From positions 47,819,001 to 47,883,000 of the forward strand of contig JARFYF010000063.1 in assembly GCA_030265395.1 (NCBI GenBank): a DNA stretch of 64,000 nt. Direction: 5' to 3'. Positions within the stretch are counted from its first letter, which is position 1. Each line of letters begins with the position of its first letter. Below, in pieces: positions 1 to 13,159 of this stretch. The position numbers and the translations under genes are program-made. The stretch comes from Rhina ancylostomus (taxonomy: Eukaryota). The notes beneath the pieces were generated by a model. The model ran no database searches and had not been told where the DNA came from. It saw nothing but the letters and a program-made list of their open reading frames with translations.

Positions 1-476
1 GTACAGAAGAGGGTTACCAGGATGCTGCCTGGATTAGAGGGTATGAGCTATTTGGACTAGACAAACTTCGGTTGTTTTTCTGGAGCATCAGAGGCCGAGA
101 GGAGACCTGTTCGAAGCTTATAAAGTTATGAGAGGTGTAAATAGGGTAGACAAGTCAGAAGCTTTTTCCCAGGGTAGAAATGTCAACTACTAAAGGACAT
201 GATTTAAGGTGAGGGGGGAAAGTTTATAGATGTGTGGGGCAATTTTTTTTACACTGAAGGTGGTTGGTGCCTGGAACAGGCTGCCAGGAGTAGTGATGGA
301 ACCAGATACGATTGTGGTGTTTAAGAGGCTTTTAGATACACGTGTGAATATTCAGGGAATAGAGTGATATGGATTATGTGCAAGCAGAAGAGATTTAGTT
401 TAATTTAGCATTATGTTCGGCACAGACATCTCTGGCTGAAGGGCCTGTTCCTGTGCTGTACTATACTGTTCTATGT
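1..476 (+). mobile_element. CR1-clade LINE (HER1-like) 3' end
   Basis: Degenerate VQKRVTRMLPGLEGMSY...RGDL..AYK ORF2 C-terminus and the tail gggcctgttcctgtgctgta...ttctatgt. Confidence 0.85.
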
Positions 477-1539
477 CCACGTTTAACTAAAAAGCCAACA
501 TATTCCAGGAAAATATTTTCAGGACTATGAGGAAATAATAGTGGAGTGGCTTAATTGAATAGGTCTTCTAAAGAAAGAATGGCTTCCTCTTATACTGAAT
601 AATTCTGTGATGTAGACAAATCTGGGGATCTGCATCTGGTAAATGCAGGAGAGAATATAAAAACTTTTCCTGCCTGGATATTTCTCCCTTTCCTTTAATA
701 TGGTCAATTAAAACTTGCCTGTTTAACCAAGCCTATCATCTCCATTGTGATGTGGTGTCTTTTGTTTCAAAGCTCATGAGAAGGCCCTTGAGGCATTTTA
801 CTAGATGAAAGTTGCTATGTAAATGCAGGCTGTCCTTGGGTTGTACCAGGATGCAGGGAATAGTCTTTGGAAATTATATCATGGAAAGCTAAACCAATAA
901 AGAAAGGAAAACTGACCTACTACTTGACTGCTGAATTAGAGGGATCCGATGCATTTTCCATGTTTCCCATGCGTTCCAGACATTTGGAAAACCTCAATCT
1001 GCGTTGAGACTGCAGCTATGGACAAAATGTTCCACTTGCCATCCATTGTAGCAGCAGGATTTAAATATTGTTCATCAATATATTCTTGTGGATATGATGG
1101 GACTTGAAATTGTCTCTGTACTGGGAAACACCCTGCTTTACTTAAGATGAGTTGAGTAACTCTGTGAATTTTTTAAAGTGGGCTACTGTTGGTACAGGTT
1201 TAGAATTCCTCAGTGCTGTTGTTCAGTTAGGATTCATTGCTACATGAGCCAGCATGAAGGCAGATAGAATGCAACACATGCTGATACACCTCTCACACTG
1301 TAGGTTCCATGGACCATTTGCCAGAATAGAAATGCATTAACATATTTCCCATACGAGGTTCTAAAGAAATCCACACAAAGTCTGGCATTTTTGACTTAAA
1401 TTCCACTCTGCACTTGTCTGCTTAAGCTTCTAGCTGACTCTGTATGCTGCAGTTCCCAATGCACAAGATAATTTCTCATTCACATATTCCAAAATATAAT
1501 CATTCAGATTCCACGATCAGTAATTCTCACAACTGCTTC

Positions 1540-1910
1540 CATTTATATAGTGTCTTCAATGTAAGGCACATCAGAGGAAGATAATCAAATAAGAATTTGC
1601 ACTGCTCCAGATGGGTATTATGACAGTTTTGATAAAAGGGGTGGCCTTTAAAGAGCTTTTTAAAGGAGGAGTGAAAGGCAGAGAAGTTTAGATAGGGATC
1701 TGAGGCCTGGGAACCTAAAGGCAAAGAGGCTAAATGTGGGCCAATTAAAATCAGGGATGCTGAAGAAGCCAGAACTGGAGAGGTATCATGGAGGCTTTTT
1801 GGACTGAAGTGAGTCTCAAAGACAGGGAGGGGTGATGCCATGGATGGACTTGAAAACACAAATGAGAATTATGCAATTCTCAGTGCACAAGAAGCCAGTG
1901 TAGGTAAACA
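1540..1910 (-). mobile_element. Degenerate L2-like LINE 3' fragment
   Basis: Purine-rich tttaaaggaggag...gagaagtttagataggga...gaggcctggg pattern typical of reverse L2 3' ends. Confidence 0.5.
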
Positions 1911-1929
1911 AGCACTTTTTTGATGCAAG

Positions 1930-2795
1930 TGCGTGGATGCTCCAGGGTCAAATATCTTCATTTGCTTCAATAACCTTCCATTCTGTATTCAGAAATGGGA
2001 ACGTTTGCAGATGGTTGCGCAATACTCAATTTCATTCACAACTCTTCGGAAAATAAATCAGTCTGTGACTACGTGCAACAAGAACTGGACAATTCTTGCC
2101 TGAGTTGATCAGTGGTAGGTAATCTTTGTGCCACAAAACTGCCAGTTCCAACAAGAAACATTCAGTGGTCCTACCTTTCGAGGCCCCAACCTTAATGTCC
2201 TGGGGCTCACCACTGACGAGATACTCAACCAGAACCAGCCACATAAATACCAACAAGAACAGTTCAGAAGTTGGATATTGTGTGGTGAACGAGTCACCTG
2301 TTGACATCCTAAAATCTCGCCACTCTACGTAAGGCACAAGCCAGGAGTGCGATGGAATAGTCTGCACTTGCCTGGATGAGTGCAGCTCCAATGACGCGGT
2401 GCGGGCTTGATGGGCCGGAAGGGCCTGTTATCGGGCTGTATAAATAAAGTTCCAAGAAAGCCAGCAGCTTCCAGGGCAAAACAGCCTGCTTGACTGGCCC
2501 TCATCTATCATTTCCTCTACCTGTAGTGTGTGCTTTCTACAAACTGCTCTGCAGTCACTCCTCAAAGCCACTCTGACAGCACTGTCCAAACCTGCATCCT
2601 TACCTCTAAGGACAAGGGCAGCAGGCACATGGCAACACCATGGCCAGGAATCCTACCTTAAAGCAATGAAGGAAGAGCCTCACTCGCAGGACTGCAGGTA
2701 ATTCAATAAGTTGGCTCAACGCCACCTTTCAAGGACATTTAATGATGGGCACAAATGCTGGCATTGTCAGCAATACCCAAATCCTAGGAAGTAAA
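1930..2795 (+). mobile_element. Degenerate CR1-like LINE (RT to 3' tail) with a nested short HER1-type tail at ~2395-2448
   Basis: RT-like remnant (tgcttcaataaccttcca...gtttgcagatggttgc, ~FINDLP..FADDC) and tail gatgggcacaaatgctggcattgtcagcaatacccaaatcc, shared with copies at ~24-25 kb, ~52 kb and ~62-63 kb. Confidence 0.7.
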
Positions 2796-4269
2796 GATAA
2801 CTTGGCACAGGTTATATTATGGGCAGCAGAGCAAGTTTGAGCTTATTGGAGGCAGGTGGAGGGTGTCAGGCTTGCCAGCAGAATATTGGAATAGTTGAGT
2901 GTGGAATTAACAGAGGCATTAATGAATATTTCACAGCTGATGNNNNNNNNNNNNNNNNNNNNNNNNNNNNNNNNNNNNNNNNNNNNNNNNNNNNNNNNNN
3001 NNNNNNNNNNNNNNNNNNNNNNNNNNNNNNNNNNNNNNNNNNGAATATTTCACAGCTGATGGGCAGAGGTAGGAAGAGGGGTCAGTGATGTTACGGGGCT
3101 AGACAGTGTTAATCTTGTGCTGGACTTGGTATGGGGTTCTAACCAGTTAGAATTGTATAATGGAAGTGTTGGTATAAAAATTGTACATAAGATCTTATGA
3201 TATGAATGAGCCAAATCTACATGAGTACATTATCCAGAAATATGGTGAGGTTGCATTTAGTTCTATTTTGTTGTTAACCCTTCACAGAATATAATTTTTC
3301 GAAGTGACTGTGTTATATTAAACAGTACAGACAGTGAAGGAAATTCATTACTCAAAGACTTCAGTTCAAACAGGATGCTTTCAGAAATGCAAACTGCTGT
3401 GAAACATTATGCAGTATATTTACACCAACAATATGTTTTGATTGTTCCTGAGCCATACCACAGCCAATTTGACAGTCTGTAGTTTATTTCCCATAATTAA
3501 ATGACTATATGTCTTCCTAGCATGTAATGTATGTATTGTGGGAAATTGAAAAATAATGACAAATTCTTGATTCTACAGAAATTGTAATTGTGGCAAAAAT
3601 TGCTTGTTGAAAGTGGGAAATTGCCTGTGGAGATTTTGGCACCCTGTTCTGCTTTTTGTCAGATGTAAGTATTGGAATAGCAACTCACAGCTCTAACTTA
3701 GTGACTGACTACCAATTACAAACTATGTCATTGAACCAAGGACATTGATTGTCTAAGAGTTGAGATTGTAAGGCTTGAGGGGGCGGGGGGAAGGTCTGCT
3801 ACAGTTTAATTTTGTTCATATCACATTACTGGATTATAGCTCATCTGTGGAGAGTGCTGGTCTGTTCCACGTGCTGTCTCTGGACTGGAAGGTTGGCAAT
3901 CTTAATGGTGAACATAACTTGATCTTGAGCTATTTGTGAAATTTGGTTTAACCTTTCCTTAATATCCTTGAAACATGCTCATCTCTGTTTGTCCTCTCCA
4001 CCCATGTCAGCGGTAGACATTTCAGGTGCTATTTGCACCTGATCTTTCCTTGGATCATTCATTTCTGCACCTTCTTTCTAAACATCCAGATCTTCCTCTT
4101 TGGGATAGAAGTTGATATTAGTTATTTATGCTGGAATCCTACCCTCTTGACTGCCTTTCCAAATGGAGAAGTTGTCTACAACAGTGAATGATAGGCGTAC
4201 GCATGGCATCTCAAAGTCAAAAACAGTTTAAGGACCTTACCAGATTAGGTAGGGTAAGTGGAGCTGGTT

Positions 4270-4500
4270 ACTCTTTGCAGCACTGAATCTACCTCCATTT
4301 TAAATACCCCCTGTGATCTGACCTCTATTACCCTCTGAGGTAGAGAATTCCAGAGATTCAACCCCGTCTGTGAGAAGAAATTCTCACACACTTCAGTTTT
4401 AAGCGACTTCCTCCTTTTCCTGTAACTAAGTCCCCTTGTTGGAGGCTCTTCCATGATTGGAAACATCTCCATATCGACACTTGATGCTCCCTTGGGATCT
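4270..4500 (-). mobile_element. CR1/HER1-like fragment
   Basis: Minus ORF FFSQTGLNLWNSLPQRVIEVRSQGVFKMEVD matches the CR1 ORF2 C-terminal WNSLP motif. Confidence 0.8.
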
Positions 4501-4754
4501 AATGTGCTTCAGACCTTACTCAGCTTTCAACCTAACCTGTCCATTTTAGAACCTGATGGTCAACACCTCAGCAGCACTGTATTTTTTCTTTATTTTCCTT
4601 TGGAGGGTAAGACTAACATTACAGAGAATAGCTAACAGCTGTGCTGCCCATCATCTCTACCTTTTAAGATGTGGAGGACAATATGGGGAGTTATTTCATA
4701 GCTGTATTCATAAGAACCTACAAGTTAATTCAGGAGTGAAAATATAAAAAAAAG

Positions 4755-4870
4755 AAAACTGCAGATGCAGGAAATCTGAAATAAAAAAAGAAAATGCTTC
4801 GAAAACTCAGCAGGTCAGAGCATCTGCAGAAAGTGAAAATTTCAGGTCTGGGACCCCTCATCAGAACTGG
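4755..4870 (-). mobile_element. Penelope-like element terminal fragment with hammerhead-like core
   Basis: tgcagatgcaggaaatctgaaataaaa...actcagcaggtcag block recurs in the window; minus strand has CTGATGA-GGGGTCccaGACCT-GAAA at 4864-4840. Confidence 0.65.
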
Positions 4871-7800
4871 GAAAAAGAAGAGAGAATGCAGGAGTAGGTC
4901 ACTCCAGCCCTTCAAACCTGATTCACCATTTAATTAGATCATGACTGATCTGAAGCATACTAAATCCTCCTGCACTATATTTGTACTCTTGTCGCTGACC
5001 CTTTAAAAGAAATCTCCCACGTGAGGCTCGTCATGGATTCTTGATTGAGTAAGCTCCTGCCTGCTGTGAGTTGACTGTTTCCTCCATTTCTGTCCTGCTG
5101 CATTGAGCTGCTGTTGATGAACCTATGTTTTTTTTAAACAAAGCTGCTAATGTCTGAATGGCCACTAATTGAGGATGTTTGAGACCGGGGAGCACATGGC
5201 CTTTCCTGTTTGTAGTGAGTCAGATTCAGGAGTTTGGTGCAGGATGGGGTTCCCATGGGAGGATGTAGTATACAGAGAACAACAGGAAGACAGCAGGAGT
5301 TTAAAACTGACGGTGTCTTTCAGGATATAATTGCTTCCTAGAAGGTCTGGGTGTTGTTGTTACTCTGAGCATGCTTTTGATAACTTGGAAGTTAATTTGA
5401 TAATTTTAGACATTTGGGGGAAAAACTGGGAAAAAAACAATAATCCTATGTTGTTTATCAAGCATTTTTGTCACATCAATTGACTTGTTTGAAAGTATAA
5501 GTTGAGTATCCAGTGTAAAGCTGCAATTCCTTTTGATGATCTTCAAAAATGCAATATATTAATCCAATTCTGACAGTGTTGGACTTGGGCCTGGTGACTT
5601 GTTCTTGATGGTAACATTTATAGGGCAAGAAAGTTCCCAGAATAATTTTTATAGCTGCTAGCAAGAGATTACTGTACTAATGAACAAATGCAGGAAATAG
5701 TTTAGTTGTTTACACTTATCTCTTAAGTGGGGCTCATCACCTCCCACAGTAAAGTGCAGTTTTCCATCTAGTTGAAGTGAGCTTCAGAATGTGGCCACCA
5801 GATATTCAAGTGCTAAGTGGGTATCTTGACAGAATCCAGTGCTGCTCACTCATCATCTCCAACGTTGCAACAGTGACGAGATGCCAAACAATATGACATT
5901 GGATGTGAAACATTGGATTTTGGGCCGTTCTGAAATTGTGAGTACATTCTGTATTTTCATTGCTCGCTGTATGAAGCTTTTACTCATTTGTTTATACATA
6001 CGTATAATATAGGCATCAGTTTTGGGATTTTGGTTCCAAGTATAATGAAAATTATACTCTTTTACATTATTTGGTTCTGGTGATACCTTTACTAGTAAAT
6101 CCAGAGTGGTGGATGGTAAACAGATTTGCCACATCATCAGTCTGGTCTAGGGACTGAAATTATATCATCCATTTACATCCAGTTCTAGTACAGATTATTT
6201 TGCTAAAGATGCATTTTTATTAAGAATTTAAAGTCCAATTTTAAATGCAGTGGCTCTTTTTTTGATGGTGTAACAGACCGTAATGAGATCAGTTTTGGCC
6301 TTCAGATTTATTTTGATTTAGATCCATAGGAACTACATTTTAATTCTGTTTCTGCTCATGGTTTGAATGTAGTAGAAAGAATGTGTCATTGGTCTTCAGA
6401 GAGTCATGCAATGGATGTCTTAACGGAACAGAATTTGTTCTGTGAGACAAGTGACTGTGCAGCTCCCATTAAAATCATTACTGCTGGAACTGGGGAAATG
6501 TCTGTGGCAGACAGGGATCACTTAATACAGAGGTGATCACTAATACAGAGCACTTTATGTCTGTTTTAGGTCTGATGGTATATAGATTCACATAATTCTA
6601 TTTGTCTCCAAACTTGGATGATTGGCTGCACAAATGGTAATACATGTATTCAATAACCTTAGTTCACAGCTGACAGAGGTTTGTGGTATGGCCTATAACA
6701 AGATTGAACTCTTATTGATTTTTCATAAAAGTTTAATAAGATGGTACAGATCAAAAGCTTTGTGGGAGCGGCAGTATATTTCTATTGCACTCAATGTGAT
6801 TTTTTTTTAGATATGTAACAGGAATTAATGCTGCAGGAACATGTCTGGATTTAATTTTCAGCAAAGTTGAGCCTGATTGTATTAATTTAATTCTGTCAAC
6901 CGAACGAATTTAACACAGCTTTTTAAAATAATCAGGTATGAAGTGACATAATTGCAATGCCTGAGCTTGTCATTCATTGGTGTTAACCTTAAGTAGGATC
7001 CATTCAGGTACAAATCAAATACGGTTTGCAGCAGTGAAAATATGAAACAGTGCAGGGTATTTACAACAGATGTGTTTGTACATTGGTCATTTGCCCATTT
7101 GAATACATCTGTTGAAACTTTGGATGAAATATCATGGACCTCAAATGTTTCCCTTTCCACTGATGCTACTCTATCTGCTTTTATTTCAGATTTCTAGAAG
7201 TTGCTTCATTTTCCTGTCTTGTAATTGCCCTCTTTTTCTTTGGAGTGAGCAAAAAGCAAATTAAATGTTTACCTGGGTCACTAAGAAGGCAGGAACTGGA
7301 CACTTAAATGTGCTCCAAATTCAATGAGTGGGGTAAGCAATGTGTTAAAATACACTGTGACATCCAGTTATAGTGATCCTTTTGGGGAGTTCCTGTTTCA
7401 CGGTGCTTCACTTTGAGTGACCAGTCACAAACTGAATTAACAGTACTAAATGAACTTGACTGAAAAATGGGAAAGGATGAGAAGAGGGGAGAGGAGTGGT
7501 TAATTAGCTGTTCCTAGTGCTCAGCAGCACTGACTAGACACATTAGTGGAATCTAGCACAAAACTGAACGGTACAGCTGAAGGAAAACCTATACATAAGC
7601 CTTAAATTGGATTTGGCTAATGGTTTTAAACCTCAGGATTACCACAGTTGGTTTCTAGTAACACCAGTTGACCAATGAACCAGTTGACTTTAAAATCAAC
7701 ACATGCTCTGTTCAATGAGATTTAAATTCAAACTCTAGCTTTAAAACAGTGACAATAAATGTTCTGCCCATCAGAAGTGACAGCGCAGTTGTACTGAGGG

Positions 7801-7903
7801 AGAGGCACAGGGATTCTCAGCAGTTATGCTGACCTCATGAAGTCTCACTGCATTAGGTCAAAGATGGGCAAGGAGCAATACTTGGAAGAACCACTAAATA
7901 TAG

Positions 7904-8155
7904 TGTAGCGACTAGCTACACTGAATAAAGACACGGGACACTTGTTTGGAGTCCAAGAGTTGAATGAACGACTGGGATGCGCTGCCCCTTTAATAAACAC
8001 AGTTCCTGCGCTGATGCCACGTGCAGGTCACGTGACCTTCCCGCGCATGGGATCCACTAGCCCACAAAGAAGGGGTGCCCCGCGCCATCTTGTGTCGGGG
8101 CCTCCGACGACGCCCGCGATCGTGGGAGCCGGTTTGTGAAAGGTAAGTCGCCACA
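7904..8155 (-). mobile_element. Solo LTR (Gypsy/Ty3-like), 252 bp, TSD ATAG
   Basis: TG...CA ends; 9/10 terminal inverted match (TGTAGCGACT / AGTCGCCACA); ATAG at 7900-7903 and 8156-8159; reverse-complement copy at 60420-60782. Strand inferred from motif order. Confidence 0.85.
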
Positions 8156-8371
8156 ATAGCAATGGCACAGAATATCTTTCTGAATATGGCAAAACTTGGC
8201 TGATGTGACCTGACGAGACTGAGGCAAGGGACAGAATTTGTTCTTGACTTCTTCCTCACTAATCTACGTTCACTAATCTGTGTTGTCATCAGATCCCGCA
8301 GTTCAAAACTGAGCATCCATGCAGGGCTCCAGCCTGTCAACAGAACTGTATTCAAATGCAAACCTTGACTT

Positions 8372-9485
8372 CATAAGAACAAAAGAAATAGGAGCAGGAG
8401 TCAGCCATACAGCCCCTTGAGTCCACTGCACCATTCACTAGATCATGATGGACCTGACATGATGGCCTTAACTTCCCTTATCTGTCTGTGCTCCCCCTAA
8501 CACATAACTACCCTAAAGTCCAGTAATCGATCTTGGCCTGAATATATTCAGTGGTGCAGCTTCCACTGTTCCCAGAGTAAAGAATTCCAAACATTCATGA
8601 CCATCTGCAAAAGGAATATCCTCTTTCTCTCTGTTTTAAGTGGATGGCTCCTTATTCTGAAACTGTGCTCCCACTGCATTCAATGGGAAACATCTTCTGA
8701 GCATATATCCTGCCCAGCCCCCTCTGAATCTTACATTTCAGTGGCATCATCTCTCGCTTTCATAAATTCTAATGAGCATGGGTACTATCTCCTCATAAGG
8801 CACCCTTAATCCCAGGAAGCAACTTGATGAACCTTCTCTGAACTGCTTTCAATTCAAGTGATCCCTCCTAAACTGAGGAGACCAAAACTGTACATGGTAC
8901 TCCCAAGTCTGATCTCACCAATGTCCAATGTAGCAAGACTCCTCTACTTTTAAACTCCACTCCCTTACCAATAAAGGTCCAGATTCCATTTGCCTTCCTA
9001 ATTCGATGCTATCACTTAATGTTTAATTTCCAAGGATGTCCAGATCTCTCTGTACAGAAGCAACTGAGGTCTCTCTTCATGTAAACAATATTCCGCCCTA
9101 CTATTCTTCTGACCATTTCCCTACATTATACTCCATCTGCTAAATGTTTGAACATTCCCCGTAACCGGTTTACATCACATTTCACTCTTTGTGATCTCCT
9201 TACAACTTTTCCTTGCCTAAGGTTGTACTGTCATCTATATCTATTGTCTATTGCAGGCAGGCTACATCTATTGTACTGTCAACCTTGCATCTAAGCCATT
9301 ACCATAGAACATAAGTAGTTGAGGCCCCAGGACTAAACCATGTAGCACCTCGCTGATTACAGCTCGCCAACCTGAAAATGGCCTCTTAGCCATTCCTCTA
9401 ACCGTGCTCATATATTACCCCTAATTCCATGAGCTCTTGCTGTGTGGGAACCTTTCATGTGACACTTTATTGAATGCCCTTTGAT
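8372..9485 (-). mobile_element. CR1/HER1-like LINE 3' ~1.1 kb, degenerate
   Basis: Starts with the reverse tail cataagaacaaaagaaataggagcaggagtcagccat and continues into RT-like sequence. Confidence 0.8.
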
Positions 9486-9489
9486 CAGC

Positions 9490-10560
9490 CTTGACCTTCA
9501 AACCAAGGGTCCAGCTCTGGAACAATGAGAAGAGCAGTATCCAGCATACTTAAACACGTGCTCCCAACCTGGTGATCACGCACAGTATCTGCTAAACAGC
9601 AAAGGCAGCATGCTTGAGGCAAAGCTAAGCAATCTCTCAACCAACAGATCAAATGAGAGCTCTGCAGTCCTGTCACATCCACTGACAGATCACACCAGAC
9701 AATTAAATAGCTTAAGTTAGAAAGTGCCTTCAAGAACAGATCAGTCCTTGATGATAATGGAGCCCAATACAGGAAAGTCATAGGGAAGGCTGAGGCATTT
9801 GCAGACATGTTCAGCTAGAAGTGCTGAATGGATGCTCCGTCTTGGCTTACTTCTGACATTCCCACCATCACATATGACAGGTTCATCCAATCTGATTGAC
9901 TCCATATGATATCATGAACTCTCTGAGTTCACTAGTTACTGTCGCTGGAGCCTGACATCATCAAGTTGTGTTGAAGATGTGCTCTGGAACTATCTGTGCC
10001 TCAAGGCAACATGTTCCAGTTAGCTTAACACAGGCTTCTTTCAGCATTATGGAAATATGTACTGTATATAAAAAGCAGGGTAAATCAAATGGTCCCTCCC
10101 ATCTCTCAACTAATCTACTTTCAAACACCTCAAAGTGATAGAAGGTGACATCAACTCAAATCTCAAGCCCCACCTATTCACCTCATTAAAGCCTACCCCA
10201 TGGAGGGCTGTGGAGGCAAAGTCATTGGCTGTATTTAAGGAAGAAATTGATAGATTCTTCATTGGTAAGTGGATTTAGAGTTGCTGGGAGAAGGTAGGAG
10301 GATGGGGTTCAGGAAAGAAAAAAATCAGCCATGATTGAATGGTGGAGCAGAGTCGATGGGCTGAATGGCCCAATTCTGCTCCTGTATCTTATGGTCTTGT
10401 CCAAACATGGACTAAAGAGCTGAATTGATGAGATGTAGAGAGGATTGCCCTTGACCTCATTTTGACTTGAGGGGTTCTGGTAAAATTGAAGTCAAAGGAA
10501 ACCAAGTGGGAAAACTCTGTACCACCTGGAGTCACAGTCAGCACGAAGGAGAAAATTGTG
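9490..10560 (+). mobile_element. Degenerate CR1-like ORF2 fragment with a nested HER1-type 3' end (~10195-10398)
   Basis: aaggctgaggcatttgcagacatgttcagctagaagtgc resembles copies at ~12 kb and ~62 kb; the nested part ends gggctgaatggcccaattctgctcctgtatcttatggtctt. Confidence 0.6.
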
Positions 10561-10569
10561 ATTCTTCTT

Positions 10570-12930
10570 TTAAATGTATGTATTCCCCGGGATCAGAGTG
10601 CCACTGCCAAGACCAGCATTTACCTCCCATTCCCAGTTGTCCTTGAGGTGATGGTAAGTCATTGTTTTGAACTAGTGCAGTCTATCAAGGGAAGGTACTT
10701 GCACTGTGCCAATGAGAAGAGAGTTCCAGGGTTTTGACCAAGCAGTGTTGAAGGGCCAGCAATAGATTTCCAGGTCAGAATGGTCTGAAACTTAAATGGG
10801 AGCCTGCAGGTGGAGGTGAACCCAGGCACCTGTTGCCCTCTTGCTTCTTCGCAGGAGAGGTCTCAGGTTTGCGGGGAGGAGGGAAGCCATCAGAGTGGGT
10901 GAATAACTGCAGTGCATTTTGTAGATGGTCCACAGTACATCATTGGTGAAGGAAAAGAATGTTCAGGAGGGCTCATGGGTTGCTGATCAATCAGGTTGGT
11001 TTTGACTGGATGGCGACAAGCTTCTTTGAGTTGATGGCACTGCATTCGACGAGGTAAGTGGAGACTATTCCATCATATTCCTGATCTGTGCCTTGCAGAT
11101 GGTGGAAAGGCCTTGGGATATCAGAAAGTGGATTACTCACTGCAGGATACCCAACCTCTAAGCTGCTTTTGTAGCCATGGTATTATTGTGGCTAGTCTAG
11201 GTAACGTTCTGATCAATGTTGACCATAGCATATTGATGATAGGGACTTGGCAATGGTGGTGCCATTGGATGGTAAGGGTAGATGGTTAGATTCTGTTGGA
11301 GGTGGTCACTATTGGGCACTTTTGTGATGTGATTGTTATTTGTCACTTGTTAGCCAATGCATCAATGTTTTCTAGGTCTTGCTGAATGCAGCTATTGGTC
11401 TGCTTTGTTTACTGAGGAGTTTTGAATGGAATTGAGCATGGTGCAAACATCTGCAAGCATCCTGCTCCTCGCCTTCTGCTGGAAGGAAGATCATTCATGA
11501 AGCAGCTGAAGGTGGTGGTGGCTAGGACACTGCTGAGAAACTCCTGCAGTGATATTCTGGGCTGATGTTATTCACCTCCACTAATTACATTTTCCTTGGT
11601 GCACTGTTTGACTCCAACTATTGGAGTGTTTGTCCTTTAATGTCCATTGACTTTGGATTTACAAAGATGTGTTGATGTCAAAGGCAATCACTCTCACCTG
11701 ACCTCTGGAAAACAGCTCTTTGGTCCATGTTTGGACCAAGGCTGTGATGGGTTCTGGAGCTGTGCAGTCTGGGCAAAACCCAAACCTGTCATTGGCAAGT
11801 CATTGGTTAGTAAATGCCACCTGAAAGCACTGCTAGCAACAGCCTCCGTCACCTTGATGATTGAGAGAAGTCTGATTTGACAGTATTCAGCTGGATTGGA
11901 TTTGTCCTTCTTTTTGTGAACAAGACATACCTTTCCACATTGTTGGGTAATGAAGTGACGTAACTGCACTGGAACAGCTTTGTTAGTGACACAGCTGGTT
12001 CTGGAGCACAGGTCTTTCGCACTAAAGCTGGGAAATTGTCTGGTCCCAGAGCCTTTGCTGTATCCAATGTTGTCAGCCATTTTTTGTTATCAAGTGGAGT
12101 GAATTAAATTGACAGGAGATTGCCTATGTGGCAGTGGAGATCTCAGAAGGAAGCTGAGATGGATCACCTCTTCAGTGTTTCTGGCTGAAGATGCTTGCAT
12201 TGCCTGGTCTTTAGCTCCACATTGATGAGGATGTGGATATTTTTGAGGTTGCCTTGTCTTCTTAGTTGTTTAATTGTTCATCACTATTCATGATTGTGGT
12301 TGGATTGCAGGGTTCTGACTTGTCCATTTGTTGCAAGATGACTCTGTTCTGTCTTTTGTATGCTTTATGCTGTTTAGACATATGTAGCCCTGTATTCAGG
12401 TCCTGAAGAAGGGTCCTGACCTGAAACGTTGACTGCCTGCTTTTCTCCACGGATGCTGCATGGCCTGCTGAGTTCCTCCAGCATCATCGTGTTTTTCATC
12501 TAGATTCCAGCTTCACTGTTCTGGTACCTCATCATTTTCTGGTGTGTCCACTGCTGCTCCCAGCAAGCATTGCTTTGCTCCTCACTGAACCAGGGGTTGA
12601 TCCCCTGGCTCATCGGATTGAGGAATATGGCAGGCCTTGAGCTTACACTTTGTGGTAGTGTACATTTCTGCTGCTGCTAGCAATCCAGTGTACCTCATGG
12701 ACGCCCAGTTTTGAACTGCCAGTTCTGTTCCAAGTCTATCCTGTTCAAGACATGATGCACAGTGATCTTGGTATGCGATGAGACCTTATCTTCACAGGGA
12801 CTGTGTTGTATTCACGTCTACCAAAGCTATCATGGATTGATGCACCTGCCACAGGTGTATTGGTGAGGAAATCCCTCACGTACTTCCCTCAGTGCCTGCC
12901 GCAGAGCTAATCTGCCAGCCGTGTCCTTCA
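10570..12930 (-). mobile_element. CR1-like LINE, ~2.3 kb, degenerate, interrupted by a Penelope-like fragment
   Basis: Minus ORFs DTAKALGPDNFPALVRKTCAPEPA and HKKKDKSNPAEYCQIRLLSIIKVTEAV match LINE RT domains 0-2; CR1-like tail at ~10570-10640. Confidence 0.8.
12395..12511 (+). mobile_element. Penelope-like terminal fragment with the best-preserved minimal hammerhead core
   Basis: CTGAAGA(12403-12409)-A-GGGTCctGACCT-GAAA(12423-12426)-CGTT, then gctgagttcctccagcatcatcgtgtttt, near-identical to the reverse copy at 15773-15877. Confidence 0.7.
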
Positions 12931-12949
12931 GTGGCTGGGGACTCTATGT

Positions 12950-13122
12950 AAAAAAACAGCAAATGTGGAAATATCAAACAATCTGCTGGAGAGCTCAGTC
13001 TCATTGAGCAGCATCTGTTGGGGGAAGAGAATTGTCAATATTTTGGGCCAAAACACTGCAGTAAGACTGAGAGCAGAGATAGCCAGTATAAAGAGAAGGG
13101 AAGTGGTAAACAGAGGCCAGAG

Positions 13123-13159
<37 letters not shown>

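Noticed and set aside
2923-3061. Direct repeats flanking ~100-N gaps (also at 16165, 23007, 24155, 35513 and 60568)
   Set aside because: Identical sequence on both sides of fixed-size gaps indicates overlapping contig ends, an assembly artefact rather than TSDs or tandem repeats.
7942-8361. GC-rich ORFs and apparent CpG island (also 60416-60770)
   Set aside because: Explained by solo LTR sequence; no recognisable protein and not a host promoter.
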